This document shows positions 39,992-52,489 of a stretch of 60,000 bases of DNA, piece after piece. Below the pieces are notes generated by a model. That model saw nothing but the letters and a program-made list of their open reading frames with translations. It did no database searches and had not been told where the DNA came from. The DNA comes from Felis catus (lineage: Eukaryota). The translations under genes were made by a program, and so were the position numbers. How positions within the stretch are numbered: the first letter of the stretch is position 1; each line of letters begins with the position of its first letter. The stretch covers positions 54,996,001 through 55,056,000 of the forward strand of contig NC_058382.1 of assembly GCF_018350175.1 (NCBI RefSeq), given 5' to 3'.

Positions 39992-40211
39992 GGGCACCTG
40001 GGTGGCTCCGTTGGTTGAGCATCTGGCTCTCGATTTTGGCCCAGGTCATGATCGCAGGGTCGTGGGATGGAGCCCTAAGTCGGGCCCTGTGCTCAGTGTG
40101 GAGTCTCCTTGAGATTCTCCTTCTCAGAGACTCGCTGTCTGTCTCTTTCTCTCTCCCCCCCCCCCCCCAACACACCGCTCTCCCTCAAAAAAAAAAAAAA
40201 ATTTTTTTTTA
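39992..40211 (+). mobile_element. CAN-SINE
   Basis: gggcacctgggtggctccgttggttgagc head and A tail. TSD core ctctgccctca at 39981-39991 and 40217-40227. Confidence 0.93.
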
Positions 40212-40349
40212 AAGGACTCTGCCCTCAAGGAGCTCATTCACTTGGTCATTCAGTCCAACCAGTGACACCTTATGGGCATTGCCCGGGCCCACTGTGCACC
40301 CCCAGGACCAACAGAGCAGCCCCTCTGAGCACTAACTATCCATACCTCC

Positions 40350-40809
40350 CACACCGGTTTTCTACTGCTGCTGTCACACATTACCACACCTTTAGCAGTT
40401 CAGACAACACAAATTTAGTACTTGTTTGTTTCTAGTTCTGGAGGCCAGAAGTCCAGCACGGGGCCCACTGGGCCAAAATCAAGATGTCGGCAGGGCTAGA
40501 GCCTCGCGGAAGCTCTTGGGAGAATAGCTTTCCGTGCCTTTTCCAGCCTCAGAGGCTGTCTGTGTCCCTTAGCTTGTGGCCGCATCCCTCCAACCTCTGT
40601 TTCTGTCTCTTCTCTCTGACCTCCAGCCTCCCTCTTGTAAGGACCTTTCTGATGACATTGACTCACCCAGAGAACGCAGAATGACCTCCCCATTTCAAGG
40701 TCCTTAACTTCCTCAAATCTTAGCAAAGCCCATTTGCCACCTAAGGTGAGGCCTTCGCAAGGGCAAGCATGTGGACCATCTCTGGGGGTCCTGTATTTGG
40801 CCTCCCGCA
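40350..40809 (-). mobile_element. MLT1 (MaLR) solo LTR, MLT1D-like
   Basis: ttctggaggccagaagtcc...aatcaagatgtcggcagggc...cttgtaaggacc...ccccatttcaaggtccttaac. Confidence 0.85.
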
Positions 40810-41667
40810 CCTGCCCCTCTCTCTGGCCAACTTGGGTGTGTTTAAAAGCCCAGAGATGGTTGTGGGCTGGGCGTGTGCCGGGTAGGCTCACACCGGCCGG
40901 GACCAGCCCCTGAGAGCGGATCCAACGCGTCTCTTCCCAACCGTGGTCCAGGGCAGCACAGAAGGTGGCACATGCTGTGATCAGGGCTTTTCTATTCTGC
41001 AAGCCTGTTGTTCCACGTTTATCAGCACCCCACAGGCCGTGGCTGCACGGATCCTGATCGGTGCTGTTTGTAAAGTGTCTACACGTGCCAGGCGCTGAGC
41101 TAAGTAAGCGTTTTGCGTGGATTATCTCATTGTTGGGGATCTTTGCGTCGCTCTCCCTGAGCATGGGGTGTATTTTTTCATCCTAATGAACAAGAAGTGT
41201 CACAAGACCACAGAGCTAGGTCAGCACGGATGGGAGGTGAGTCAGCCACAGACCCTCCGGGGTGCTGCTGGTCCCGTGAGGCTCCCCTTCGGCCACCACC
41301 TCCCCAGTCAGGTGACAAAGGCTCTGTGTCTTCAGGGAACTTGAACCCAGGTCTCTTGGAGACTCGGCCACCGCAGAGGTCCCTGAATCACACGGAAGGT
41401 GTCCCCCGGCCCACTCCCACTCAGGACAGAGATGCCAACTTGCCTTGTGTCCACAGGCTGGTATCAGTCTGCCAGTCTCTGAGTTTGCTCACGGGGATCT
41501 GGTACCCTTACCCTCCCGCACTGGCCACGGAACAGGTTCGTTTATTCAAGCCCAGAGATTTCCCCAAACTGTGCCCTGGGAGAGCGGCTGATGCCCCATC
41601 GAGGATCTGGGTAGGGTACCTGGATCCCCATGACAGAGGGTGACCCAAAGTTGTACGCGCTTGTGCA

Positions 41668-41692
41668 TGTGTGTGTGTGTGTGTGTGTGTGT
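41668..41692. repeat. (TG)n microsatellite
   Basis: Read directly from the sequence. Confidence 0.93.
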
Positions 41693-41877
41693 CCATGCAG
41701 GCTGGGAACAGAAGTTGGACTTTCATACTTGGAAAGAAGCTCCAGCCTTTGTGAGAGTCCCGGGACCATGAAGGTCAGGGTCAACTTAGAACAGAGGGCT
41801 GCGGGGTCAGGAGAGAACAGACACTGCATTTCTGCCCTTAGGGATGGTGACTGGAAAACTTGGAATGCCAGAAACTT

Positions 41878-42690
41878 TGTGGTTTACAGCATGAGTCAGA
41901 CTGCCTGGGTTCAAGTCCTGGTCCCACACCTACTCCCTGTGAGCCTGTGGGAACGTTCTTAACCTCCCTGAGCCTCAGTTTCCTCGTTTGTACCGTAGGG
42001 GTGACGATGCTGACGGTCCCGACTTCCCAGGGTAGACTGGCCAGGACCAAACAAGCCAGTCCACGCATAGACCTTAGCGCTGTGTCTGGTGCACATTAAA
42101 TGAGCCATAAATATTGCTGTTATCACCCAGAGCCGTGCTGGAACCGGGGGTGAGAGCCACAGCAGCGTGACAATTGCAGGGCCTTCCTCGGGCCACGATT
42201 CACTTGAGAGGGATTAGTGATGACAGTAACGACAGAGGCTGTGTTTCTGTGTGAGCACGTACTATGTGCTAGGCCCGATTCTGTGCACCTTACAGGAATC
42301 CTTCCCAATCCTCACAGCATTCCTGCAAGATAGGGTTAATGGCCCCGTTTTACGGAGAAGAAAATCCAGGCCCAGTTGCCAAGGTCTGTGAACTAGGGTG
42401 GTGCACCTCTGGGAAGATTTTGCTCCCTGCACGGTGATTTTTAACTCGAGTCCACCTGAGTTCAAGGCCGGGCGCTCTCTCCCGTGACTTTCTGCGGTTG
42501 GCAAGAGGTTCATAAACCCACAGGCTCTGAAGCCAGCCTGCCTGGGTTTGAATGTACTTAGTTGATGTGAGACATCAGAGACTCAGTTTCTCCCCCTGTG
42601 AAATGGGCGTAGCCACCTCACAGGGCTATTGTGAGGGCTGATGACAGAACACGTGACTAACAGGCGCCAGGTGCCTGGAGCAGTGCCTGG
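41878..42690. mobile_element. Three MIRs in alternating orientation (+ 41878-42120, - 42250-42460, + 42520-42690)
   Basis: cagactgcctgggttcaagtcc and gcctcagtttcctc cores; the reverse copy has aatcctcacagc. Confidence 0.75.
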
Positions 42691-43055
42691 TGGAAAGGAG
42701 GCACCCGATCTGCTCCTACCACCGTGCCTCTCTCCGCTCGCCCCGGCCCCTCCCGTGATCCTAATGAAGTCAAGATACGTGTGCAGTGAAAGCTCTTCAA
42801 GCAGCCGGTGTCTGGAGTCACTTACACCCAGCAAATTGTAAGCACGCAGCGGCAGTGATGACTCGTTTCAGAAAAGTCCCCCCGGTTGCCACTTCTGTTT
42901 CGGTTTTTGCGCCCGAAAGGTTCAGCTGGGTGGGTCCCTGTGCTCGGGCCGCAGGGCAGAGCCTGCTGGACGGGGCAGCCTGGGGCCCGCGCACTAGTGC
43001 CCTGACATGCTGCAAGCCGGTGACCGGACCTTGCTGTCCTGTTTTGTCGTTGCAG

Positions 43056-43106
43056 GCTGCCAACAGCTACCTGAGAGACCAGTGGTTCCATTCTCTGCAG
43101 TGGAAG
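43056..43106 (+). CDS. CMIP: CMIP internal coding exon (exon 3), 17 codons, phase 0-0
   Basis: Acceptor gttttgtcgttgcag| and consensus donor AAG|gtaagt at 43107. The translation AANSYLRDQWFHSLQWK continues exon 2 in frame and resembles the PH-domain C-terminal helix with its conserved Trp. Confidence 0.96.
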
Positions 43107-44999
43107 GTAAGTCCTGACTCGGTGGCTGCTTTCGGGCGGCCGCCTCGCCTCTGGGCAGCCTCCTGCCGGCTCAAATCAAAGCTCGTCTGTTCCCCGGAGG
43201 CGTGAGGGCAGACGCCTCCTGCCTTCCAGACAGCTCAGCCCGGGAGCATCCCTCCAGTGCACGAAAGCCTCTCCCCCTTCTCCCCCTGACGTCAGGTGGC
43301 TTTCTCCCTGCAGTGCCGAAAGGCATTCCTGCCCCGTTGGCCATTGACTTTGCTCAGGAGCTTTAGAGCGTTGGGCCTGCTTCCAAAAGGACCATAGAAG
43401 GGCTTGCTTTCAGAACAGGGGCCCGCCTGAGGGGCTGGGTGAGGCAGGCTCAGGGTCTCAGGGCTCTGGGTTCAAAGTAACTTCGGAAGGCTGCTCCAAA
43501 TGTCAGTATTCCAGGGAGTCCACCACCCAGCCATTCTCCCCGCTCTTCACTTCCTGTCCGTTACCTGGTTCTTTGGCCCAGTTTTCCGGTTCGAGCTCTG
43601 CATAGGATGGTCCAGAGCCTTTTAGCACATAAGGAAATCAGTCCTCTGCTCGTCACTTTCGAGACCCAGGGGCCAGATCTGCTGAGAAGGGTCCTCCCAG
43701 CCCCCCGGGGAGTCCCCGTTGTGCTCCCCCGTGTGGAACATGCAGTCGGCGCCTTACTTAACACCCCGCCTCCCTGGCTCTCGCGCCTTCTGATAATTTT
43801 AGTTTAGAACAAGCCGTGACAGTCCTGTGGCCTCACAGAGCCAGCGGGGTAGGGCCGTGATGACCAGGGCACGTCCTGAGCTGTCGTCTTCACAGTGAGC
43901 CGGGGAGCCGCTGAGGATGAGTGGCCGGCCCTGTGCAGAGTTTAAGGCCTCGTGCCATGTTGGGATGACCGAGGGGACACTCGGAATTCCTCCCGTGCCT
44001 CTAGAGGGACGCTCATCACAGCCGGACCAAGGACGGAAATACCACCCTGCAGAATTACATTCCTGGCCCTAAAGAGGGTCACTCCCCTCCTCTCCCCGCT
44101 GACAGCTGCAGGGCCACTTGCTTTGTGCTGTGTGACAGTCTTGGAAACTCACTGCAAGTCTCCAAGGGAGGGAAGGGACGAGAATTTATTGAGCACCTAC
44201 TGTGTGCTAGGCTCCTCGTGACCATTTCACCCTTGCCACAGCCGTATAAGGCTGATTCCCATCGCTGCTCCCATTTTATGGATGGGGAAGGTGAGGCCAG
44301 GCTGGCCCCACTCCCATAGCTGGTCAGGGCTAAAGGCGGGGTTCTCCCCTAGGTCTCTCTCATGCCCACAGCTTGGCGAACGTAGGCAGAAGGCAGCAGA
44401 CTGCAGCTAGGAAGGCAGAGTGGCACATTCCTGCTCACAGAGTCGGCAGGTGCTGCTGAGACCTCCGTTTCCCCAGCGAGATTACCCTGCGTCCCTGGGG
44501 CCTGGCTCTCGGCGGCCCCGCGTGTCCCAAGACAGGCAGGGCTTACGTCAGGACCTGCAGGGGGCCATCTGGGAGTTGAATGCCAGAGCATTCCAGGGGC
44601 AGGGAAGATAACAGGGGTAGTGTGGTCAGGGGGCCTACCTGAAGGAAGAGGCCATTTCACTGCCACACACAACGGCTGCCTGGCCTCTGCCCCATTCTGT
44701 TCTCTGTATGTGTTTTCCATGTGAGCGGAAAACTCAGTAGGTGATTGCCTTGTTTTGTCCTAGCTCGGGAAGGGGCAGGAAGCACTTGGAGACAAACTGC
44801 CCCCTGGACAGGTTGGGAAGATGCCTCATTGCAAAGGTGGCCAAGATCAATGTCAAGGGAGCGGCTGGCTGTTTTTAGTGGTAGTCCACAGAGCTCTGCT
44901 TCCTGCCTTGTCCCAGTCTGCATTTTCTTTAACTGTCGTCTGCGGCCTATGGGAACACCTGAGAGGCAGCGCTCGGGGAATTCGTGAGTAGTGTGCAGC

Positions 45000-45225
45000 T
45001 ACGAGGGCTAGCCAAGAAGGTGGGCATAGAAAGCTGAATTTCGGGACACTGACTGGCTTAGAAAGATGATCGGAAAGTGACAATCTTGAAACGTGAAATT
45101 TAAACATGAAGGATTACATGTGGGATTTAGGCGATTGATTGAACAAGTACAAAAGTGGGGACCCCTGAGCTTCTAGCAGTTTCCAGGAAAACTTGGATGT
45201 CTGCACTCAGTGTTAGTGGTGTTTG
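45000..45225 (+). mobile_element. Probable CR1/L3 LINE remnant
   Basis: Resembles the remembered CR1 pattern gaaatt.aaca...aagtaca...cagcagtt...gaaaa. Confidence 0.45.
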
Positions 45226-46348
45226 GTTTCTTTGTGGTTGTTAAATTAAAAACAAAAACAAAAACAAACAAAGCCCAAAAGCGTCCAGGAAACCCAAGTC
45301 AGAGTTTCAAGGAACTGGTAAATGCCAGGCAGTGTGCAGCCCGTTCGTGAAGTGGTTGATGGGGACGTTTGTTCTCCCTGTATAAGCATTCGCTTGTGAC
45401 TTAGGTGTGTGTAAGACCCTGGCAGTTTTCCTCCTTTGTTAGTTGCCCCCACTCCAATAATTTAGGTATGCTGCCACCAGGTGGCAGTGGTATCTTAGCG
45501 TGAGCAACTTGGTTTCAGTTTTGATGAGACTGGAGGAGGGAGGCATGCTCCCCTTCCTTTTCAAAGTGGCAAAGAAATTTAAGGTGTTTTGGAGGCACTC
45601 TGGGCTAGCAAAATTGAGCCGAGAGACTTGGATTCGAATTCTGGTTCTATAGCTTACTCGTTTTATGGTATGCATTGATTCTAGCAAGTGTTCATGAACT
45701 CAGATGCAGTTATGATGTGCCAGGCATGGCTGTGCACTTTTCAGCTCATTGTCATTCAGGACATGGGGGAACCAAGGCTCAGCGAGGTGTAGTGACTTAT
45801 CCATAGCCACACAAAGGATTTTAGTACACATTTGTAGGGCTGCTTGATCCAGCTCTGCCTGATTCTGAAGCTTTGGACTAAAGGGTCCGAAGAAGGATGT
45901 GACCTTCTGCCTCTCCTGTGACAGGCTCTCTTTTCCCTGCACTTACAACTAACCTTCTTGGGTTTTTCCTTTTATTTTCTTTTCAATATCTTTTTAACAA
46001 GTCAAAACTAAGAACTTGAGAAATCCTGCAGCCTCGGCTTGATTTTTTTTTTTTTTTTTAATTTTCTAAGTACTGTTTTTGTTGGTTTTCACCTATACTA
46101 ACACGTATATGCATATTATAGCCACAGGGCACGTAGAAACCCCATTCTTTTACTTGTGAAGAATGTTGCCTATTAAATACTACATTCCCATTGGTTTAGT
46201 TTTTATGGAGTTGTTCTGGTATCTCTAGGGCATTCTCAACAGAGAATTGTTCCCAGAGGGGCCACAATTGGTTCTCTGGGGCTTAAAAAATCTTAAGTTA
46301 TTACAATAGCATGTGGCCCTCCAAAGTTCAGCCCCACTCAACAAAATC

Positions 46349-46389
46349 TTTTATTTTATTTTATTTTATTTTTTTAATGTTTACTCATT

Positions 46390-46423
<34 letters not shown>

Positions 46424-46590
46424 TGTGAACAGGGGAGGGGCAGAGAGAGAGACACACACAGAACTCGAAGCAGGCTCCAGGCTCTGAGCTGTCAGCACGG
46501 AGCCAGACGCGGGGCTTGAACCCACAAACCATGAGATCATGACCTGAGCCCAAGTCGAACGTTCAACTGACTGAGCCACCCAGGTGCCCC
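46349..46590 (-). mobile_element. CAN-SINE (SINEC_Fc-type)
   Basis: (TTTTA)n tail and (GA)n, ending in actgagccacccaggtgcccc. Confidence 0.95.
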
Positions 46591-47365
46591 TAATATCTTA
46601 TTTTTTAGCATTTAATTTCAAAGAGAAGAAGGGAAATGGGGGAGAAATGTTTAAAGGCTCCTGGGGGAAGAATAATTAGGAAAAGATTGAGAAATGCTCC
46701 CGTGGAATGTACCTCAAGTCGTGCTGTGGGACAAGGCAGTGTAGATACAATACCTGTGTGATGTTCTTGCCAGCCTCTGCTCCGTCCTGGGAATCCCGTG
46801 GTTCGGTGGCCTCAGTGTCAGACTTTGTTCTCGTGAAGTCACGGTCCACTTGGGGAATTTCCTCAGCCCGGGCCCCGTGTTTGAAGCATCATGTTATCTC
46901 GCTGAATAGTCGCTTGTTGCTGTCATGCATGTGTTGAAATCTCGAGTCACTGGCCCAAGTTCCCAAGGCAACCCAGAATGGGAGGGAGGTTTGACCCACA
47001 GCGTCCCAACTCCCAGAATCCCCTTCCCTGCGCCCCCTGCCCCCCAGCAGCTCTGCTGTTCCTCTCCGGCCTCCTCCCTTTGACCGGCACCGTTCAGGGA
47101 GACTCTTCCCACAGGAGGACAACCAGCATCTCCAGGCCCAGGAAGGAGGATGGGTTGGGCTTACTCCGGGCAGTGGGATCTCCCAGGATCCTCTGCGGCA
47201 GAGCAACTGTCCTGAGGGCTCCCTGGAGAGGCCAGCCCTGTTTGGTTTGGGTGGTTTAGCCCGTGAGGCCAATTCCTGGGGGTGTGGAAGCATAAACAGT
47301 TGTACTGAGTTAATGAGGCCTCATCTCTGACTCACAGATGCACCTTGGAGGCCAGGTCCTGTGGA

Positions 47366-47550
47366 GACAGGCCTGTCTGTGTGTGCAAGGCCGTGAGGGG
47401 ACAGGCCTGCCTGTGTGTGCACGGCCATGAGGGGACAGCCCTGTCCCTGTGTGCCAGGCGCGTGAGGGCACGCTGTGTGTTTACAGGCTGTGAAAAGACT
47501 GGCCTGTTTCTGCGTCCAGGTTTCGAGGCAAGAGGCCTGGGTGTACACAG
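47366..47550. repeat. Minisatellite with a unit of about 34 bp (3 good copies plus degenerate copies)
   Basis: gacaggcctgtctgtgtgtgcaaggccgtgaggg (47366-47399), gacaggcctgcctgtgtgtgcacggccatgaggg (47400-47433), gacagccctgtccctgtgtgccaggcgcgtgaggg (47434-47468). Confidence 0.85.
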
Positions 47551-48074
47551 CTTGTTGGGGTGGGTGAGTACCTGGCCAGGCCGAGACACGCACCAGGCCC
47601 ATAAAGGAGCCCCAAGAAGTCAGATACACCCACTTGGCATGGCTGACACTTCTGGTCCCTCCAGCGCGGGAAAACGGCCTTTGCATTTCCCGAGAGGGGT
47701 TCTCGCATAGGCTGTTGTTCACAAGCCTTGAAAACCAAGATGATTTTATCCCCTAGGGAAGCCGGGGTCCCAAGAACAGCCCCCGAGGCCTATCCCAAGT
47801 GCCGGGGGCGGAGGAGCGGACTCGGGGGGAGGCAAGAAGCTGGCCTATCTTCCCGTCCCGAAGCTGCAGGGCAGAGGAAAGCACCGGGCTCTGGGGAGGT
47901 CCCGGCCCAGCTTGTGTCTTCTCTGGCGTCCGCCCTGACCACGCTGCCTCCTCCCCCAGGCAGGTTCCCCTGAACCCCCGGGGCGGCCACGGCCTCCTGG
48001 GCACCCCGTCCTGGGCTCTGTCCCTCTTCTGTACAGAGCAGGAGGGTGGGAAGGAATGTGGAGTGCACATGCCC

Positions 48075-48310
48075 GTGCATGTGAGTGTGTGAGAGTGAAC
48101 GTGGGAGTGAGTGTGTGGGAGTGGATGTGCGTGAGCGTGTGAATGAATGTGTGTGCAAGTGTGTAAGTATTGTGAGTGAGTGTGTGTGCGAGTAAGTGAA
48201 TTTGTGTGAGTGTGTGGGAGTGAACGTATGAGTGAATGTGTGGGCGAGTGTGTGGGAGTGAGTGTGTGGGAGAGAATGTACGAGTGTGGGAGTGAGTGAA
48301 TGTGTGAGGG
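48075..48310. repeat. Degenerate (GAGTGT)n/(TG)n low-complexity tract
   Basis: Repeated gagtgtgtg and gtgaatgtg units. Confidence 0.85.
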
Positions 48311-49548
48311 GGCGGGTATGTCAGTCAGAGAGAGACCATTGCACGTGAGGGGGTGACCACGTTAGGAGTGTGTCGGGTATGGAGTGTGTTCATTTGGGCC
48401 TCAGTCTTCTCCTCTGTCAAATGGGGGTAATCCAGCACCTTGCTCACTGGGTCGTCGTAGGCAGGACGCTCCGCTGTGCATGAAGCAGTTGGAAGGGGGC
48501 CGGCAGGCGTGGCCGCTGTGACAGCATCACAGGCACCCCATCAGTGCGGCTTAGCGCCCCCCAGCCGTGGCACTGCCCCCCGTGAGGCGTGTTTTAGAAT
48601 TGGGGCGGGGTAGGAAGTGTCCTCAAGAGGGCCCTACCTGTAGGGGGTGGCTGGCCGTTCCTGAGGGTTTCTGAGCCCTGCCGTGCCCGCCACTTCACGC
48701 GCATTCGCTTCCTGAATCTTCTCGCGGCCCTCCAGGTCTTTACCACCCCGTCTCATGGGTGAGCCGGCCAAGGACGTCGCCAAGGACAGCCAGTCAGCGT
48801 CCACGTCAGGCCGCCACTGAGCCTGACGTGGAGGTGAGCCGGTCCTGTGCTTGGAGCCCCCGCCAAGGCACAGCCACCATCCGGGTCCCTGGTGCACAGA
48901 GGTGAAAACTGCAGCCGGGAGCCTAGGTTCCCTCTCCCTTCCGGCCACCCCACTTGGCAGGCTGGACCCATCGCCCCATTTCCACATGGGGTGGGGAGCC
49001 CCAGCTGGTGCCAAGATTCCCGGGCAACCAGGTCAGAGGGACAGAGGGCCCTAGAGCTGATGCTCCTCCCCTAGAGGGAAGCTCCCCGGGGGAGGGTGGA
49101 CCCTACAGCGGGTGCCATCGCCCCCAACTATGACCTTCCTTCCAGACCTCCCTCCCTCTTCCCTCGTGGGCCTTTCCTCCGGGGGAAGAGCCACTTCTAG
49201 TCCTGCGTCTGTGGCCCCTTGACGCCTCTGTTCGCGACCGCAAACCTCCCCGAGCTGGAGTCCCCCAGCACGTGTGTCCCGAGTCTTCATCCAGCTCCCC
49301 CCTCAGCCAAAGCAGCAGGTGGCCATTGTCACCCCATTGAACCCTCACAAATCTGCGGAGGAGCCTGGGCCTCGAATTTCCCTAGTTGCCCGATGTGGAG
49401 ACTGAGGCTGAGGGGTAAAACCACTTGCTTGGGGGCAAAAAACTATTAAATTGCGGAGCTGGGGCTGAGACACAACTCTGAGTCCAGAACCTGGGAACTT
49501 AACCCCTGAGAATGCGGCTCCCAGCTGCACACGTGTCTGCGTGCCTGT

Positions 49549-49551
<3 letters not shown>

Positions 49552-49594
<43 letters not shown>
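49552..49594. repeat. (CA)n microsatellite
   Basis: About 21 uninterrupted CA units. Confidence 0.97.
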
Positions 49595-49599
<5 letters not shown>

Positions 49600-50522
49600 A
49601 CAGTTCCTCACACCTGTGAGCTGGCGCTGCCTGACTTGCCTCCTTTCTCTTCTGCTGTGTCACACACGTAGGGTCTCAGTTTTCAGTCTGACACACCATG
49701 TCATGAGAGCTTTTCATTTTTCTGTCTCCCAGACGTCACCACAAGGATTCTATGAATTAACCTCTGGCCTGGCAGTCCCGCTTCTCACAGGTCGGGGCTG
49801 ATGGCCCCACCCTGTCCCGCGTGCCCCAGGATACACTGTCCGACCACCTGTGCCGGGCCCGGAAGGTCAAGCTCAGGACCAACCCGCCTCCACACCTGTC
49901 CCAGACACACTGTGTCCCCAGTATCCCCAGATGCCAGCATCCTGGCTCTACGTGCCCACACCCAGCTTGCTCCCGACTCCCCTTTGCCCTGGGCCACCCC
50001 ACCCTCCCGTGTGGCTCCTGGTGGGCTGGCCTGCTCCAGCCACGACGCCCCTTGGCCCGGAGGGAAGACGGTGGCCCCCGCTCCCCCCTCGTCCCCCTTG
50101 CCCTCCTCCCTGTCTTGCTTCCTCTCGCTTTCCCCATGCTTTGTATAGCCACCTTGAAAACGCCTTTGCGGCCACACCGAGGGCAGAGCACTCTGCTGCT
50201 GCCGGCCCCACCCAGTGACCGATGTCGCTCTTGCAAATACCCTTCCAGGCCTCATCTGCCTCTGCGCAGATGCTCTGGCGGCTGTGGCCAGGTGCACAGC
50301 ACCGACCGTCCGACCAGCTTCGGCACAGCGTTGCAGCTGAAGCGTTTCGTTGCGTCCAGGCCCACGTGCATCCAATGGCTGCGTAACATCTGTGAAGAGA
50401 CTTTGGCCTGATTTACCAAACGACTCACTGTGGTCGGGCTTTCAGGCCATTCCCCATTTCCTCAATTATGGATAATGCAGCCATGCGTTTCTCCCGAATC
50501 TAAGCTCCTACTTCCTTGGAAC

Positions 50523-50745
50523 TTTTTTTTTTTTTTTTTTTTAATGTTTGTTTATTTGAAACAGAGACAGCATGAGCGAGGGAGAGGCGGCGGGGGGTGG
50601 GGTGGGGGGTGGGCGGAGAGAATCCCAGGCAGGCTCCATGCTGTCAGCACAAAGCCCGATGTGGGGCTCAAACCCACAAAACCATGAGATCATGACCTGA
50701 GCCGAGATCAAGAGTCGGATGCCCAGCCAACTAAACCACCCCTGG
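50523..50745 (-). mobile_element. CAN-SINE
   Basis: Poly-T, then gagatcatgacctgagccgagatcaagagtcggatgc; the head is degraded. Confidence 0.92.
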
Positions 50746-51067
50746 AACACTTTTCTAAGGCAGATTTCCAGAACAGTGGTTCCTGGGAAGAGTAGGGGTA
50801 TATTTTGTGGCTTTTACCACATTTGCCAGTTTGCTCCCAAAAGAATAATTTCTGCGTGCCCAAAGGTGAGAGCTCGCAGCCAAGCTGCGTGGGTTCAAAT
50901 CCCAGCTCTCACAGTCACTGGTGATGTGGCCCTGGGCTAGTTTCTTTCCTCTCTTGGCCTCCTTTTCTTCCTAAACGAGGTGGGGCTCACAGTAAGACCA
51001 AACTCACTAGGTTCTTGTAGGATTAAATGCGTCCATAGCAACAAAGAACTTAGAAGGGCACTTGCCA

Positions 51068-51298
51068 GGGGCGCCCGGGTGGCTCAGTCGGTTGAGCGCC
51101 CGACCTCAGCTCAGGTCATGATCTCACGGTTTGTGAGTTCAAGCCGCACGTCAGGCTCTGCGCCGGCGGCTTGGAGCCTGGAGCCTGCTTCCGATTCTGT
51201 GTCTCCCTCTCTCTCTGCCCCTCCCCGACTTGCACTCTGTCTCACTCTCTTTCTCTCTCTCAAAAATAAATAAACATTAAAAAAAAATTTAATGTGAA
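51068..51298 (+). mobile_element. CAN-SINE (SINEC_Fc-type) at the end of a MIR
   Basis: Full head and tail. TSD agaagggca(ct/tc)tgcc at 51052-51066 and 51299-51313. Confidence 0.96.
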
Positions 51299-52489
51299 AG
51301 AAGGGCATCTGCCGTGTGACAAAGTGTTAGATCGACGTTGATTATTCTTACTCTGCTTTAATGACCAAAGACCCTGTTTCCCTCTGCGTAGAAGGGTCCT
51401 AGCAGACAGTTCCAGAAGAAGGAAGGCCCGTGCAAGCCACTCATGCCACCAGCCCCCAGGGAGCCCATGACAGGCATCGCTAATCAATCACTCTGCTCTT
51501 TTCCCTTGAGGCAGAACTCTTGCCAACAGAGCCGCTGCTGCCAGACTTGAGGTGAAGGAGGGAGTGAAAGCGTCCGCCCACCCTGCTTCATGACCCCCTA
51601 GAGCATGGTGTGTGGAGCGTGGCTGCGACCCACGTCTAGCCTGGTGGCTCTGACCTCTGCTTCTTGGGGCTTGTTTGTGGGAGAAGTTGTCAAGCTTCCA
51701 GACAGACGCTGGGTCTGGTTCTCCCCTGCCTGAGAAAGTCACGGGTTGTCACCTGTCTGCCTCTGCGAAGGGAGGTAAAACAGGGCAGCCGGAGAAGGAT
51801 GGGCAGAAGTCAGCCTCGGACCTTTTATGGGCCTGGCCACAGGTTGGCTTCCTTCAGGTCGGGAAGGCCAGAATTCCATCCAGATTAATTTGTGGCACTT
51901 GGTCAGGGAGGGCTCTGTGCGTTCCTAAGAGGGGTCACAGGGACTCGGGGAGACTGGTGAAAAGGGCACCTTTCCCAGGAGGCGGGGCTGTCCCAGCCAG
52001 GACAGCGTGGCGGGGCACAGGTCCTTCCAGGCCGCTTCTCCGGCACTTGTGTGCAGTGGAACTGAGGGGAGGTCGCTGGGGCCCTCAGTGGGCCATCGGG
52101 GCCCTGTAACTAATAGTCACGGCAGCATCAGGGATTGAGGCTAACAAGTGGCAGAGGGCTGGGTGACCCCAGGGAGGAGATCACATGCCCTCGCGGGCTT
52201 TCTTTACGGTAGAGAGAACGATGGTTAGGTACCTACTAATGTCAGGAGCTGTGCTGAGGGCTTTCCTGTGTGTGCTCTCTTGAAATCTTCCCCGAGTCTG
52301 ATCAGGCCCTTCGAGAAGGAGTTGCTGGAAGGGTGCAGGGCTTGTCCACGGTTGCACAGTTAGAACCAGGCAGAGCTGGGATCTGAGCCGGAGTGCTCGG
52401 TCTCTGAGCCCAGCCAGGCAGAGGAGGGCCCACGTTCCCTGACCAGAGCTCTCTCAGGCACAGACATGGGGCGTGTTAGTGTGTTTGTT

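Noticed and set aside
47366..47468. 34-bp repeats of CRISPR-like length
   Set aside because: Units are contiguous with no unique spacers, there are no cas genes, and the context is mammalian; it is a minisatellite.
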